A stretch of 64,000 nucleotides of DNA from Eledone cirrhosa (taxonomy: Eukaryota): NCBI GenBank assembly GCA_964016885.1, contig OZ024743.1:240870001-240934000 (forward strand). Reading direction: 5' to 3'. Below are positions 1-11,659 of the stretch, piece after piece. Below the pieces are notes generated by a model. The model saw only the letters and a program-made list of their open reading frames with translations, was not told where the DNA came from and made no database searches. The position numbers were made by a program, and so were the translations under genes. The first letter of the stretch is position 1. Every line of letters begins with the position of its first letter.

Positions 1-40
1 GAAACGGTCAGAGCTCAGCCTTCGGAGTCCTGAGCTTTCC

Positions 41-119
<79 letters not shown>

Positions 120-185
120 AAAAATGAAACAGTTCTAGTCCTGTAGAAGCCATGTCTATATATATATAGAGAGAGAGGCGGGGGG

Positions 186-388
186 TAAAAGTAAAAAAGT
201 AAACAACACAGAGGAAAGATACACTGCAATGAAGAAATATATTATTTTAACGCTTGATATATTGTAGGGAAAGAGGCTTAACATTTCGAACGTTAGTCCT
301 TCATCAGAAAATGGAATGAGATATAGAAGAAAATGAACAGTAGACGAGAGGAAGAAGAGAAAGAAAGGGTCAGTCATTTTTGGGAAGG

Positions 389-391
<3 letters not shown>
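186..391 (-). mobile_element. Penelope-like element 3' remnant between (TA)n/(GA)n tracts, related to the 6261-6960 family
   Basis: Shares ttaacgcttgatat and the hammerhead core with 6261-6400; bounded by dinucleotide repeats. Confidence 0.6.
277..310 (-). ncRNA. Minimal type I hammerhead ribozyme, slightly degenerate
   Basis: Minus strand reads ttt-CTGATGA-a-GGAC-taac-GTTC-GAAAT-GTT-aag. Confidence 0.65.
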
Positions 392-450
<59 letters not shown>

Positions 451-453
<3 letters not shown>

Positions 454-591
454 CATCTTTGTTTTATATAGAAATGATATCTACAGGGATAGTAATGTGT
501 AAATAAAGATGCTTATACTCAACTAACGTATTGATTACCTTTCTTAACTGTGGTCACCTCCCGATACCCATCTGGAATCCACCCATAACTT
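451..591 (+). mobile_element. Short (TA)n-embedded element end with a 5' inversion
   Basis: aggcatctttgtttta (451-466) is an imperfect inverted copy of taaataaagatgctt (~500-514); the 3' part resembles the reverse complement of 36275-36330. Confidence 0.45.
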
Positions 592-678
592 ATATATATA
601 TATATATATATATACAGAGAGAGAGGGAAGGGGGAGAGAGAAGGAGAGAGAGGGAGAGAAGGAGAGAGAGAGAGAGTG

Positions 679-743
<65 letters not shown>

Positions 744-810
744 CGGCTTTTTAATTTGGCTGCTGACACAAAGGCAAAAATTGTATTCTTGTATGTATGT
801 GTATAATAAT

Positions 811-924
811 TGTTTCTACTTTTTGGCACAAGGCCAGCAATTATCCCAGTGTATTACTGGTACTTTGTTTTATCGACCCCGTATGGTTGAAAGGCAAAGT
901 TAACCTCGGCGGGATTTGAACTCA
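811..924 (-). mobile_element. tRNA-derived SINE with a Meta-like core, 5'-truncated
   Basis: B-box GAGTTCAAATCCC and core gccgaggttaactttgcctttc...gtcgataaaa...gtaccag; 20-bp TSD gtatgtatgtgtataataat at 791-810 and 925-944. Confidence 0.85.
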
Positions 925-1445
925 GTATGTATGTGTATAATAATGCCTATGCAACTATCAGTAACGGTTATGCCCAAAGGAAAAATATATTTCTGCGTTC
1001 GTTATATTTCATTGCCTTCTTTTTCTAATAATGTTGCACCTTTTAGAGGCATAGGGCTTTAGTAAATACTCCCCCGTCACGCCGATCTTAAACCATCTAT
1101 TTTATGTCATCTGAACATCCGTCTTTCCATTCCATATTTCTTCTGCATGTATTCTTTATATTACTCACTTTCCTCTACTGTCATCTGCTAGTGAACTAGA
1201 CACATTCAAAACAAGGCTTCCATCTCGTCTATAGGTGTATCCCTACCATCTGTATCGTGATATTGATAGAAAGTCATCAACTGTTGGCACATTTTCCATC
1301 TCTTTCAATCTTTTGTTGGTCACATGATCTTGCTACATGATTTCTAATGCGTTACCTAATGTTTTATGTTCAGATGTAGTGGCAAAATGACAAGAGAAAT
1401 GTCTATAATGAAAAGCAAACATCAAAATAAATAGCTAAATATAAT

Positions 1446-1564
1446 TGTTTCTACGTTTGGCACAAGGCCAGCAATTACCCAGTGCATTACTGGTACTTTA
1501 TTTTATCGACCCCGTAAGGATGAAAGGCAAAGTTAACCTCGGCGGAATTTGAACTCAGAATGGC
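1446..1564 (-). mobile_element. tRNA-derived SINE, 5'-truncated
   Basis: Same family; 18-bp TSD taaatagctaaatataat at 1428-1445 and 1565-1582. Confidence 0.85.
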
Positions 1565-2255
1565 TAAATAGCTAAATATAATGTAGAATAGTTTGTGTTG
1601 TGATATTAAACAATTCAAAAGAATCACACACACGTACACACGCATACATACAAAACGTATATATATGAAAATATTTAATTATTGCTAGCATAAACTCTGT
1701 TTCTGAAAACTGAAAGTATGACATGCTTCAACAGCTAGATCATTTAAATAGATAGCAGAATGAGAGAAAACTGCCTGACATATACTAGGTAGCTTTAGAT
1801 AGACCGAAAATTTGTACAAAATTGCTTTTCTCTATCTTAAAACAAAAATATCTAAAGGCAACTAAAATCTCTAGGATTCAAATGATACAAAGATTTTGAT
1901 ATATACGTGCTGGACATAATTCAGTCAAACTTTCTTATTCTCAACCATAAAATTACAAACAGCGGGTGAGCATATGCAACGCTACATCATTAAAATTGGT
2001 CTTGTGTTTACGGTGCATACATTTCTATCACTTAGCTTAACAGTCCCATAAAATAAATACCAACATGAAATGAGAACTAGGAATGATTTGGTCAGCAAAA
2101 ATTGTTAAAACCATTGCCCCAGTACGGCTGTAGTTCAATAATCGAATTCAGTAACAGAACAAAAGAATGTTTATATATATATACCTGTGTTTTTGTGTGG
2201 GTTTATATTTGTGTGTACGCACATTCACACAGATACGTATATCTAAACATACGAT

Positions 2256-2327
<72 letters not shown>

Positions 2328-2703
2328 TGTGTGTGTGTGTGTGTCTGTGATACGGACATATATGCAGCCTGACTACCAAAATTTACATATGAAATGACCA
2401 GGTCCGTAGCATTCAGCCACTATCCAATTGGTGTCCATTTAATAATTAGTTAGATATTAATCTCATTTGCATACATCATACGTGGCTAAGTTCAGGTTAG
2501 CTTGTAATATGTCATCTTACGTATGGTTTGCTTCCGTATACATCTATCGGTGTTTTCATCTGCTTGCCTAGTTATAGTTGTGTGTATATGATAGTATATA
2601 TGCTTTTGTGTCATATGTATGTGTTTCCTTGTCTGCATAATGTGCCTCGCACATCTGTGTACAAACCCTCACACATATACATATATATATCATATACATA
2701 TCT

Positions 2704-2829
<126 letters not shown>

Positions 2830-2865
2830 ATATATATACATACATACACATATATATATATATAT

Positions 2866-3050
2866 AACGAAGGAAAAGTGGTAAGGAACCAGGTGGACCA
2901 TAACGCACCAAAGTACTCAATACTTAGGGTAGTAGAGTGGATAATAGGAACGAGTAGGACCCCGACGGCTGAGCTCAAGCCGTTTCGACGGCTAATTCTG
3001 GAATTAGCCGTCGAAACGGCTTGAGCTCAGCCGTAGGGGTCCTACTCGTT

Positions 3051-3055
<5 letters not shown>
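2866..3055 (-). mobile_element. (TA)n-embedded Penelope-like 3' end with a 55-bp fold-back
   Basis: Arms 2944-2998 and 3001-3055 with one mismatch; contains a hammerhead 3' half (gtcGAAACgg); homologous to 1-43, 4037-4184 and 22801-22937. Confidence 0.7.
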
Positions 3056-3100
<45 letters not shown>

Positions 3101-3104
<4 letters not shown>

Positions 3105-3996
3105 GAAAATAAAACAAAGAAGCCTTCAATACATCAAAAGTCTTTATTAGCCAACAACGTTTCGTCCTATTAAGGACTCACCAGGGCAATTAAAACAACA
3201 AGAAGTATTATCGGCCAATACAAGCCGAAAACTCCGAAGAATATGGAGTGTACATACACTAAAGTATTGCAAGATTATGGGTATAAATATATAATAAAAA
3301 TCACTAAGGAGGTGTATAATATTTAGAACCATATTACAAATATAGTCCAAAGCAAAAAAAACCTAGAGCTAAACAAAGGTGGTTATATAGAGCGGGAATT
3401 ATATATAATACTATATAATATAATATAATATACTTGTAACAATATTAAAATAAAAATAAAAATTAAAAAGCACAATATACATATGTATATATGTACGCAC
3501 ACGTACGCACATATACATATACATCAATACACATATCCATCATTAACAGCACAAATTAAACCTTATTAAGAGTTTAAACATAAATAAGCATGATAGGAAT
3601 AAAAATAATAATAATACGTATATCTAATATACATGAAGTAGTGAAATGATTAAAAGTAGCACATATAATATATAATAAACTATATAATTATATAATATAT
3701 AATAAACTATATAATTATATAATATATAATATAATATAATAGATAATCACCGGTTAATTTACACAAACAATATAGATGTCACAATAATACTATAATAATA
3801 ATATAATAATATATATAATATAATATATAATATAATATAATATATAATAAAATATATAATTTTGATGTATTGAAGGCTTCTTTGTTTTATTTTCATAATT
3901 CTTCGGCTCTGTTTAATTACATTGAGCTATACCTTTTACTGTCATTTCTATAATATGAAGAGGGTGTTTAACTCCAACACGCTCCAGTATTTTAAT

Positions 3997-4000
<4 letters not shown>
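3101..4000. mobile_element. (TA)n-embedded Penelope-like remnant with a large 5' inversion
   Basis: 3101-3139 is the reverse complement of ~3860-3898; hammerhead on the inverted arm; both outer ends abut (TA)n. Confidence 0.65.
3150..3187 (-). ncRNA. Type I hammerhead ribozyme with a core variant (CTGGTGA)
   Basis: Minus strand reads GCC-CTGGTGA-GTCCT-taat-AGGAC-GAAAC-gtt-GTT-GGC, then AATAAA. Confidence 0.7.
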
Positions 4001-4036
<36 letters not shown>

Positions 4037-4040
<4 letters not shown>

Positions 4041-4184
4041 AGATTCAGGACCCCGATGGCTGAGCTCCGGCCGTTTCGACAGCTAGATCCTGAATCTTTT
4101 CATATTAGCCACTCTACTACCCCAAGTATCGAGTACTCTGGTGCGTTATGGTTCACCTGGTATCTTACCACACCTCCTTTGTTA
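4037..4184 (+). mobile_element. Diverged copy of the 2866-3055 family with a 5' inversion
   Basis: Inverted arm gaagattcagga...tttcgacagctag, then tcctgaatcttttt...gagtactctggtgcgttatgg; flanked by TA repeats. Confidence 0.65.
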
Positions 4185-4331
4185 TATATATAATGAGTAT
4201 GGTACCAGGAAAAACAGGAATAACTAGGCAGGAAGAAATGGCCAGGAGAAATTTATTGAATGTTCATTCCTTAACATATGTTTCTGTACAATATTCGTCT
4301 AGATGCGCTGACTGCATACATATATATATAT

Positions 4332-4572
4332 CCAATATTAAAATTAAGGGTTGTCATGTCTGAGAGACATATTTACGGATTAATAGGTGAAATATATTTC
4401 TTACTTAAATAAATATATACAAAGGAGATTAATAATATTTGAAGTTTTTGTCAAACTTTAATTAGTTACCTACCTAGCTATGTGTGCCTACATTCTTTAC
4501 AAATTATTCCCTTAATTGTTTCGTGTATTTATTTTATATATATATATATATGTCAATCTATTTCTAGTTGAT
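4332..4572. mobile_element. (TA)n-embedded repeat with an internal inversion, same family as 7801-8298
   Basis: 4332-4370 is colinear with 7801-7835; 4371-4572 is the reverse complement of ~7895-8112. Confidence 0.65.
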
Positions 4573-5029
4573 ATATATATATATATTCTAACCAGCGCGC
4601 TAACACTATATCACTGTCTAATTCCCTGCTGGCATTTAATGTCCGGAAAGGTTTTAGATACTATCATTGTTTACTGTCGCACAACGTTTGCCATGGTACT
4701 TGGAGACTAGAGTCAAATGCTACCATTCTACTGTACAGCGATTCAAGACAGATTTTTCTCTAATAACCGATTTTTTCACTCACTTGTTAATTTGTGTTTG
4801 ATATGAGATATGTTGGTTGAGTATTAATGCAAGTGTCGAAGCATAGAATCTCAACTCCTAGCCATTACGTAAATTTCTGAACCAATAGCTAATCGGTTGA
4901 CGTTATTTTGATGACACCGAAGGATTTCAGTTAATACTGTACTACTGTGTCGCCTGTCGCATTTACTGCCATAGCCAACACAGATTTTAAAGGGAATCCT
5001 GTCGGTTAATTGGTTATTGATTAGGCGAG

Positions 5030-5142
5030 ATCCGCTGATGAAGCCACATGTACTGATTGTGTATTATTGCATAATAAATGCAGACAGTGGATGCTATACG
5101 CTCTCTTACTGCATTAAGTGTGGCTGAAACTCGAGTACGGGT
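5030..5142 (+). ncRNA. Type I hammerhead ribozyme with a 70-nt insertion in stem II
   Basis: ATCCG-CTGATGA-AGCCACA-(70 nt)-TGTGGCT-GAAAC-TCGA-GTA-CGGGT. All three stems pair, and stem III is the palindrome ACTCGAGT. Confidence 0.8.
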
Positions 5143-5278
5143 ATAAATTTATCGTACCAATTTATGTGCGTTGTATCGAGGCAAATAACTTTGTGTCTAC
5201 TGTGGGATTTATAGATAATCTTACCTGAGATGCAACCGGTACTAGCAGGAAAACCTTATGCAAGTCCCGTTAACCTCT

Positions 5279-5334
<56 letters not shown>

Positions 5335-5399
5335 CAGATGCAACAACATTGTTCAATGAGATATATATTTTCTTTTAATTTACAATATCTGATTTCACA

Positions 5400-5900
5400 T
5401 CCATAAATAAGTATTATTAATCCTTTTGTATTTGTAATAAGGTTCAAAGTAAATAACATTTATACTGGTAATATGTACCATTGCATTATCATCTGCAATT
5501 TTAGACTCTGCCAGGTGCATGGAAAATGGGGACTTGGGTGCATAGTATTTCAAACATAAGCGTACATCACCAGTAGATGGTTTTAATGCGTTATCGTCAA
5601 GAGGCAACTTTTTTATAACTTCACCTGGTTCCTAATTCATTATGTTTGAGGAAAATGACTTGATAGATGGAATTATCAAAACTTCTTTACGGTTATGGCT
5701 TTTCCAACTTTTTGCAAGTAGTTGTGATGTGTGGTAAACTGAAGTCAATTCATCTTCGTTCATTGAATTCTGTTTCTTGAGTGTTGAAATTATTATTAAT
5801 CGAAAATCTTTCCTAATGTTCTGGAAAATAGACAATGAGATTTTATCACCATTTAGGATGTTTCACAATTTCTCGCAATTGATCAGGCTACATTGCTACG
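5400..5900 (-). pseudogene. Decayed hAT (Buster/Charlie-type) transposase fragment
   Basis: Translations SVYHTSQLLAKSWKSHNRKEVLIIPSIK, IKKLPLDDNAL and FSMHLAES match the Buster motifs SY..S.LIAK.GKPHTIGE.LI.PA, IPLS..TV and FSLQLDES; interrupted by stops. Confidence 0.7.
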
Positions 5901-6260
5901 TTAGTAAATGTTTGGTGACACACGAAACGCAGAAGTTTGAACGACAATTAAACAGTAGTTGAATAAATTGGGTAAAGTACATACACAAACAAACACATAC
6001 ACACACACACACACACACTCAGACACACACATATATATATGTATATCTATGTATATATATATACGTTTGTGTTTGTGAGTATGTTTTTGAGTATGTGTGC
6101 ATGGGCAGCCAAAGGAAGTGACCAGGCAGAAACCTTGAAATCATAGCCAATTTTCTCCTTAGAAAACAAAATTAACGTCCTACGAATATTGAGACTACAT
6201 TCAGTTAATGATTGCATGTTTCAAATACTATACTATGGCATATATATATATATATATGTA

Positions 6261-6958
6261 TGTAAAAGGTAAACAGAAATAACAACACAATCGGTACAGT
6301 ATATGGAATGGATATATTAGATTAACGCTTGATATAGCAAGAAGAGGGTCTTAACGTTTCGGACGCTAGTCCTTCATCAGAAGAAAAATGAGAAATAAGA
6401 TAGATTTAGGGGACGGGCGGGTTGGAATTGGAAAAAATGTCTTTAGATAAAAATAACAGGTCCATTCATGTTGACATCTCTTGCAAAACTGTTGGTGCTG
6501 GCGTTTTGTGTATGATTTATTTTTTAGAAAAGTGGATGATGGAGCGCGTCTACCTGACATGGAAAAAAAAAACGTTTTGTAAAAAGAGCTAAGCTATATT
6601 TGTGAACGTGCGTAAGCATGTGTGTGCGTGTGTATTATTATATACCCTTACGAAGCTAAGAAGAAATGTGTGTGTATATGTGAGTAAAATAGTGTCTGTG
6701 TATGTAAGTACGAAGCTATGAGCAAAAGTATGTTAATATAAGGGTGTGTATGTGTGTATACAGAGTAGTGAAGGGAAAAGTGGAGTGAGCATATATATAG
6801 TCAGGCTGCATTAGTTGTAAGAGAAGATGTTAATGATCAAGAGAAAGCGATAGGAATCTAGGGGTGTGATAATGGACGGGGTATTAGAGAAATTGGGAAG
6901 GTGAGTTGAGTCCAAGAGGGGAATAAGACCCAAGGCGGTGGATCAGACTTTGTTTAGT

Positions 6959-6960
<2 letters not shown>
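6261..6960 (-). mobile_element. 5'-truncated Penelope-like element: GIY-YIG C-terminus, 3' region, hammerhead and tail
   Basis: 6960-6884 reads TKQSLIHRLGSYSPLGLNSPSQFL*, like the E..LI.RLG...P.GLN end of PLE GIY-YIG endonucleases; hammerhead ~500 nt downstream; both ends in (TA)n. Confidence 0.75.
6349..6384 (-). ncRNA. Minimal type I hammerhead ribozyme with an intact core
   Basis: Minus strand reads TCTT-CTGATGA-a-GGAC-tagc-GTCC-GAAAC-GTT-AAGA; stem III is the palindrome ACGT, as in PLE minimal hammerheads. Confidence 0.85.
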
Positions 6961-6992
<32 letters not shown>

Positions 6993-7025
6993 GAGTGTAA
7001 CGAGAATTCTGTCATTACTACTACA

Positions 7026-7114
7026 TAGATCCGACGAGCTTTTGATTCCAGTGTCGGGCCAGATCGAGACAGATCGAACCTTGAGCAGATCAGTAGCGAA
7101 ACGCGCGTCACCAA
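7026..7114 (+). ncRNA. Degenerate type I hammerhead with an extended stem II
   Basis: CCGACGA-GCTtttgat...atcagtAGC-GAAAC-GCGC-GTC-accaa; palindromic stem III ACGCGCGT; AATAAA at 7117-7122; lies in a ~165-bp island between (TA)n tracts. U4 and stem I are mutated. Confidence 0.65.
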
Positions 7115-7151
7115 CCAATAAACGTAATGAAGGAGTAACCATTCGTATTTG

Positions 7152-7250
<99 letters not shown>

Positions 7251-7306
7251 TGTGTGTGTTTGTGTGTGTGTTTGTGTGTGTGCGTGTGTGTGTGTGTAAT
7301 AGGTAA

Positions 7307-7599
7307 AAAGTTATGACCCCCTTCGGCCATGAATGAACATGAGATTTCTACCTAGAAAGTTCCACTCTGGAACAACTGGGCAAATTTGTATGTGGAATAC
7401 CACCAGTCGCCCATGCCAGGTTTCCCTCTCCACGCCACCGATGTTGACCGATGGAAAGTGAAAAGCTGACACAGCTTGGCATCAGTGACGTTAAATAAAG
7501 TGTCTTGCACAAGGACACAAGGCATCAAGCGATCCTGGAATTGATCTCACAACCTCACGATTGCAAGCCCAACGCTCAAACCACTTACCCATGCACCTT
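7307..7599 (-). mobile_element. tRNA-derived SINE of a second family
   Basis: Minus strand begins with a tRNA-like head (aggtgcatgggtaagtggtttgagcg...gagatcaattccagg), followed by gtgtccttgtgcaagacactt. Confidence 0.6.
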
Positions 7600-7715
7600 C
7601 ATACAATATAATTTACGCGGAAGTGTAAATCCTTTCAGTGGCGATGTCCCAGCATAGCTGCAGCCTGTCTGGCATGTCTGCCAAATTTGTAGATTCGCAT
7701 AAGAATTAGATTGAA

Positions 7716-7800
<85 letters not shown>

Positions 7801-7804
<4 letters not shown>

Positions 7805-8298
7805 TAAATTAAGGATTGTCATGTCTGAGAGACATGCGCCATATTCACTGCAGAATAAGCTCAAAGATTCCAATGAATAGATCCAACCATTTTATATCAA
7901 CTAGAAATAGATTGACATATATATATATATAAAATAGACATATAGAACAATCACAGGGAATCATTTGTAAAGAATGTAAGCACACATAGCTAGGTAGGTA
8001 ACTAATTAAAGTTTAACTAGAACTTCAAATATAAATACCTTTTAAAATGATTAATCTCCTTTGTATATATTTCTTTAAATAAAAAATATATTTCACTAAT
8101 TAATCAGTAAATCACAGTAGTCAAATCCTTGATGGTCACCAAAGAAATATATAAAAAAAGAGATTAATCATTTTTAAAGTTTTTGAAGTTCTAGTTAAAT
8201 TTTAATTGGTTACCTACCTAGCTATGTGTGCTTACATACTTTACAAGTTATTCCCTGTCATTGTTCCATATGTCTATTTTATATTTATATATGTCAAC
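7801..8298. mobile_element. (TA)n-abutting repeat with a ~155-bp fold-back
   Basis: 8141-8298 is a diverged reverse complement of ~7912-8076; homologous to 4332-4572. Confidence 0.65.
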
Positions 8299-8346
8299 TT
8301 AGAATAAAATAGCTCTAAGAAAGAGATTTTTCCGAGCCGAATATTA

Positions 8347-10115
8347 TCTATATATATAAAACTGTGGTTGTCTGTCTGTCTATCGATTTTTGGCACACAT
8401 CTCCTCTTAGAATATCTGACGGAATTGCACCGAAATTGCTAGACTTGTACATTGAAAAAAAATATCGGAAAAAAAATATTTCAAATTGACCCACCCTATG
8501 TGACGAAATCGAATATAATGTATCGATTTTTGAGCGTAAGTTATCAGTTATTTCCCTTTGTTCTGTTTACATTGAGCGTCTTACGTAAAAAAATTACGAT
8601 GGCTTTCTCAGCGTTTAAAATGACATTAACACAATACACGAACAGTTGTCGAGCCAGCAAAATATTGACCTGCAAAATTCATCAGTTCGAACACTAAGCT
8701 TCCGTTTTGCTTCAATTCCATTTAAAAGCATTTTAAAACAATATTTTTACTTGAAAACAAGTCTATTTAAAGACTACGTAAAACAAGCAAATATTTCGTC
8801 GTTAGGCGTGCAGAGAGATGATATACGCGTGCAGACAGATAGTCGTGCAGAGAGGTGATATAGGCGTGCAGACAGACAGTCGTGCAGAGAGGTGATATAG
8901 GCGTGCAGACAGACAGTCGTGCAGAGAGGTGATATAGGCGTGCAGACAGACAGTCGTGCAGAGAGGTGATATAGGCGTGCAGACAGACATAACTGATAAT
9001 TTGGTTACGCTAATGTTTTTCTCTGCGTTGCAGTGTTTACATTTTCGATCTTTGTTAATAAATAACCAGTGCAGTTTCTATCCCCAGCATCCTCTTTTGT
9101 TATAACATTCGGGTTATCGTTATGTTTTCTTAACTTCATAAGGCATATTGTTGGTTGAGGGAATATTAATCAAAAACACCACATGCAAGTCTGCACAGTA
9201 GATACTACAGTTTTTAAGCCAAGAAAGAAACTTAACATTGTAACTAAGAGGAGATGTGTGCCAAAAATCGATAGACAGACAGACAACCTCAGTTTTATAT
9301 ATATAGATTGAGCCCTAGCGAAGACATCGGAAAAAAAATATTTCAAATTGACCCGCCCTATCTGACGAAATCGAATATAATGTATCGATTTTTGAGCGTA
9401 AGTTATCAGTTATTTCCCTTTGTTCTGTTTACATTGAGCGTCTTACGTAAAAAATTACGCTGACACGAACAGTTGTCGAGCCAGCAAAATATTGACCTGC
9501 AAAATTTATCAGTTCGAACACTAAGCTTCCGTTTTGCTTCATTTCCATTTAAAAGCATTTTAAAACAATATTTTTACTTGAAAACAAGTCTATTTAAAGA
9601 CTACGTAAAACAAGCAAATATTTCGTCGTTAGGCGTGCAGACAGACAGTCGTGCAGACAGACAATCGTGCAGAGAGGTGATATAGGCGTGCAGACAGACA
9701 GTCGTGCAGAGAGGTGATATAGGCGTGCAGACAGACAGTCGTGCAGAGAGGTGATATAGGCGTGCAGACAGATAGTCGCGCAGAGAGGTGATATAGGCGT
9801 GCAGACAGACATAACTGATAATTTGGTTACGCTAATGTTTTTCTCTGCGTTGCAGTGTTTACATTTTCGATCTTTGTTAATAAATAACCAGTGCAGTTTC
9901 TATCCCCAGCATCCTCTTTTGTTATAACATTCGGGTTATCGTTATGTTTTCTTAACTTCATAAGGCATATTGTTGGTTGAGGGAATATTAATCAAAAACA
10001 CCACATGCAAGTCTGCACAGTAGACACTACAGTTTTTAAGCCAAGAAAGAAACTTAACATTGTAACTTTAACACAGCTACTGAGCGACCCGAGCAACGCC
10101 GGGCTTTACTGCTAG
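8347..10115 (+). mobile_element. Non-autonomous Helitron with an internal duplication
   Basis: 5' end A|TCTATATATATAAAA; 3' hairpin cccgagcaacgccggg followed by CTAG|T at 10112-10116; ~0.75-kb internal direct duplication (8464-9243 and 9327-10065). Confidence 0.8.
8805..8989. repeat. 37-bp minisatellite inside the Helitron (second block 9633-9811)
   Basis: Unit gcagagaggtgatataggcgtgcagacagacagtcgt, about 5 copies per block. Confidence 0.9.
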
Positions 10116-10283
10116 TTGAATATAAAAGAAAAACGAACACAGATATATACATATATGTGTTCAAATCGCATGGGACCAGATTCGCTAAGGTGAATATATA
10201 TATATATATAAACCTTATTTGTCTGCCTCTCTGTTTTGTTCCCGGATAAATTTGCACTATATATATATATATATATATATATA

Positions 10284-10905
10284 TTAGGATTGGTGCCCTG
10301 AAATAGCGGTGTATACATGAATATATGTATAATATATTTGGCAATATACTGTATGCTTATTTAAAAACATTTTGAAGACTTTGCGCTATTATTTTAAAGT
10401 AGTGACTATGTCACTTACTACTTTTTTCAACAAACGAAGGGAGATAAGCTGACAGATCTGTTTCACACTGTTGGTGATCATCAGAGCTTAGCACTCGCCG
10501 ACCTTTGCTGAAAATTATAGAGGCTGGATTCTTATAGAATTCCAGTAATAATCAGGAACTGATTATATAGAGCGATTGCCGGTCCAGCAAAAATTGAAAA
10601 TTAGGATTGGTGCTCTGAAATAGCGATGTATACATGAATATATGTATAGTATATTTGGCAATATATTGTATACTTAATTAAAAACATTTTGAAGACCTTG
10701 CGCTATTATTTTAAAGTAGTGACTGTGTCACTTACTTCTTTTTTCAACAAACGAAGGGAGAAACGAAGTGTGAAACAGATCTGTCAGCTTATCTCCCTTT
10801 GTTTGTTGAAAAAAGATGTAAGTGACATAGTCACTACTTTAAAATAATAGCGCAAGGTCTTCAAAATGATTTTAATTAAGCATACAGTATATTGCCAAAT
10901 ATACT
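10284..10905 (-). mobile_element. Hammerhead-bearing partial tandem (317-bp period) plus an inverted arm; retrozyme- or PLE-like
   Basis: ttaggattggtg occurs at 10284 and 10601; 10768-10905 is an inverted copy that starts inside the ribozyme; flanked by (TA)n. Confidence 0.75.
10445..10490 (-). ncRNA. Type I hammerhead ribozyme
   Basis: Minus strand reads TAAGCT-CTGATGA-t-CAC-caaca-GTG-t-GAAAC-AGATCT-GTC-AGCTTA: 6-bp stem I, palindromic stem III ACAGATCTGT, GUC cleavage triplet. Confidence 0.85.
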
Positions 10906-10929
10906 ATATATATATATATACACACATAT

Positions 10930-11068
10930 ATTCCCACAATGGTTGACTGAACACCCACGTGCTTCTTCTCCAAGACATTTTCTTTTCCGTTTCTTCCTCT
11001 TATTCTGCCAGATCTTTTTATTTCTTCTATTATTTCTCATTTTATATTGTGATGAAGGACTAGCGTCC
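10930..11068 (+). mobile_element. Fragment of the 6261-6960 PLE family, broken inside the hammerhead
   Basis: ttatttctcatt...gtgatgaaggactagcgtcc matches the reverse complement of 6361-6400. Confidence 0.5.
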
Positions 11069-11659
11069 ACCATCGCCAAGGTAGAGAATTAGCCATGAAT
11101 GGAAGAAAGTGACTATCTACGTCACGCATATTCGTTTAATATATTTATGTCTTGACATAAATACATGTCATAGCCACTTCATGCGTATTATATTATTATA
11201 CAGCAACATACAATTAAGATAAAAAGAAAATAATATTAATCCATCTGAATAAGACCTGATCCGATTGGTTTCATCTTATTAGACTCCGCCAAAACGTTGA
11301 TGTTAAACTGGGCAAGGTCTTAAGTTCACCATCTAAGACGGATGCACCGTGATTTGGTTTCAGAACACAAAGAACCAGAAATAATGCTATAAGGCACCTT
11401 ATTCATTGCTCTAACTATTCTGCCAATATACTGTTTTAGACTTAATTTATTGGCGGTATTTAAATTACCTCAAGGTAATTTGTGCTACGTTCTAATGACT
11501 TCGCCATTTCACTAAATATGTCCGTCGTTTAAAATTGAGTAGAGACCGGATAATTGGGAAGTAAACCACTCCTAGCATTAAAATGAATAAAATCATTCCG
11601 CTAATGTGCAGAAGCCGGAGTACTTTGAGACAACACGCATCCGAATATTGGGAAATTGT

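Noticed and set aside
9361-9397. CTGACGA followed by a hairpin, as a possible hammerhead
   Set aside because: No GAAA or stem III follows, and the duplicate at ~8500 reads GTGACGA.
8805-9811. 37-bp repeats resembling a CRISPR array
   Set aside because: Units are contiguous with no unique spacers, there are no cas genes, and the context is eukaryotic; this is a Helitron-internal minisatellite.
11255-11295. Minus-strand gtct-aata-agat-GAAAC, as a possible hammerhead
   Set aside because: The CUGANGA box is unrecognisable and stems I and III do not form.
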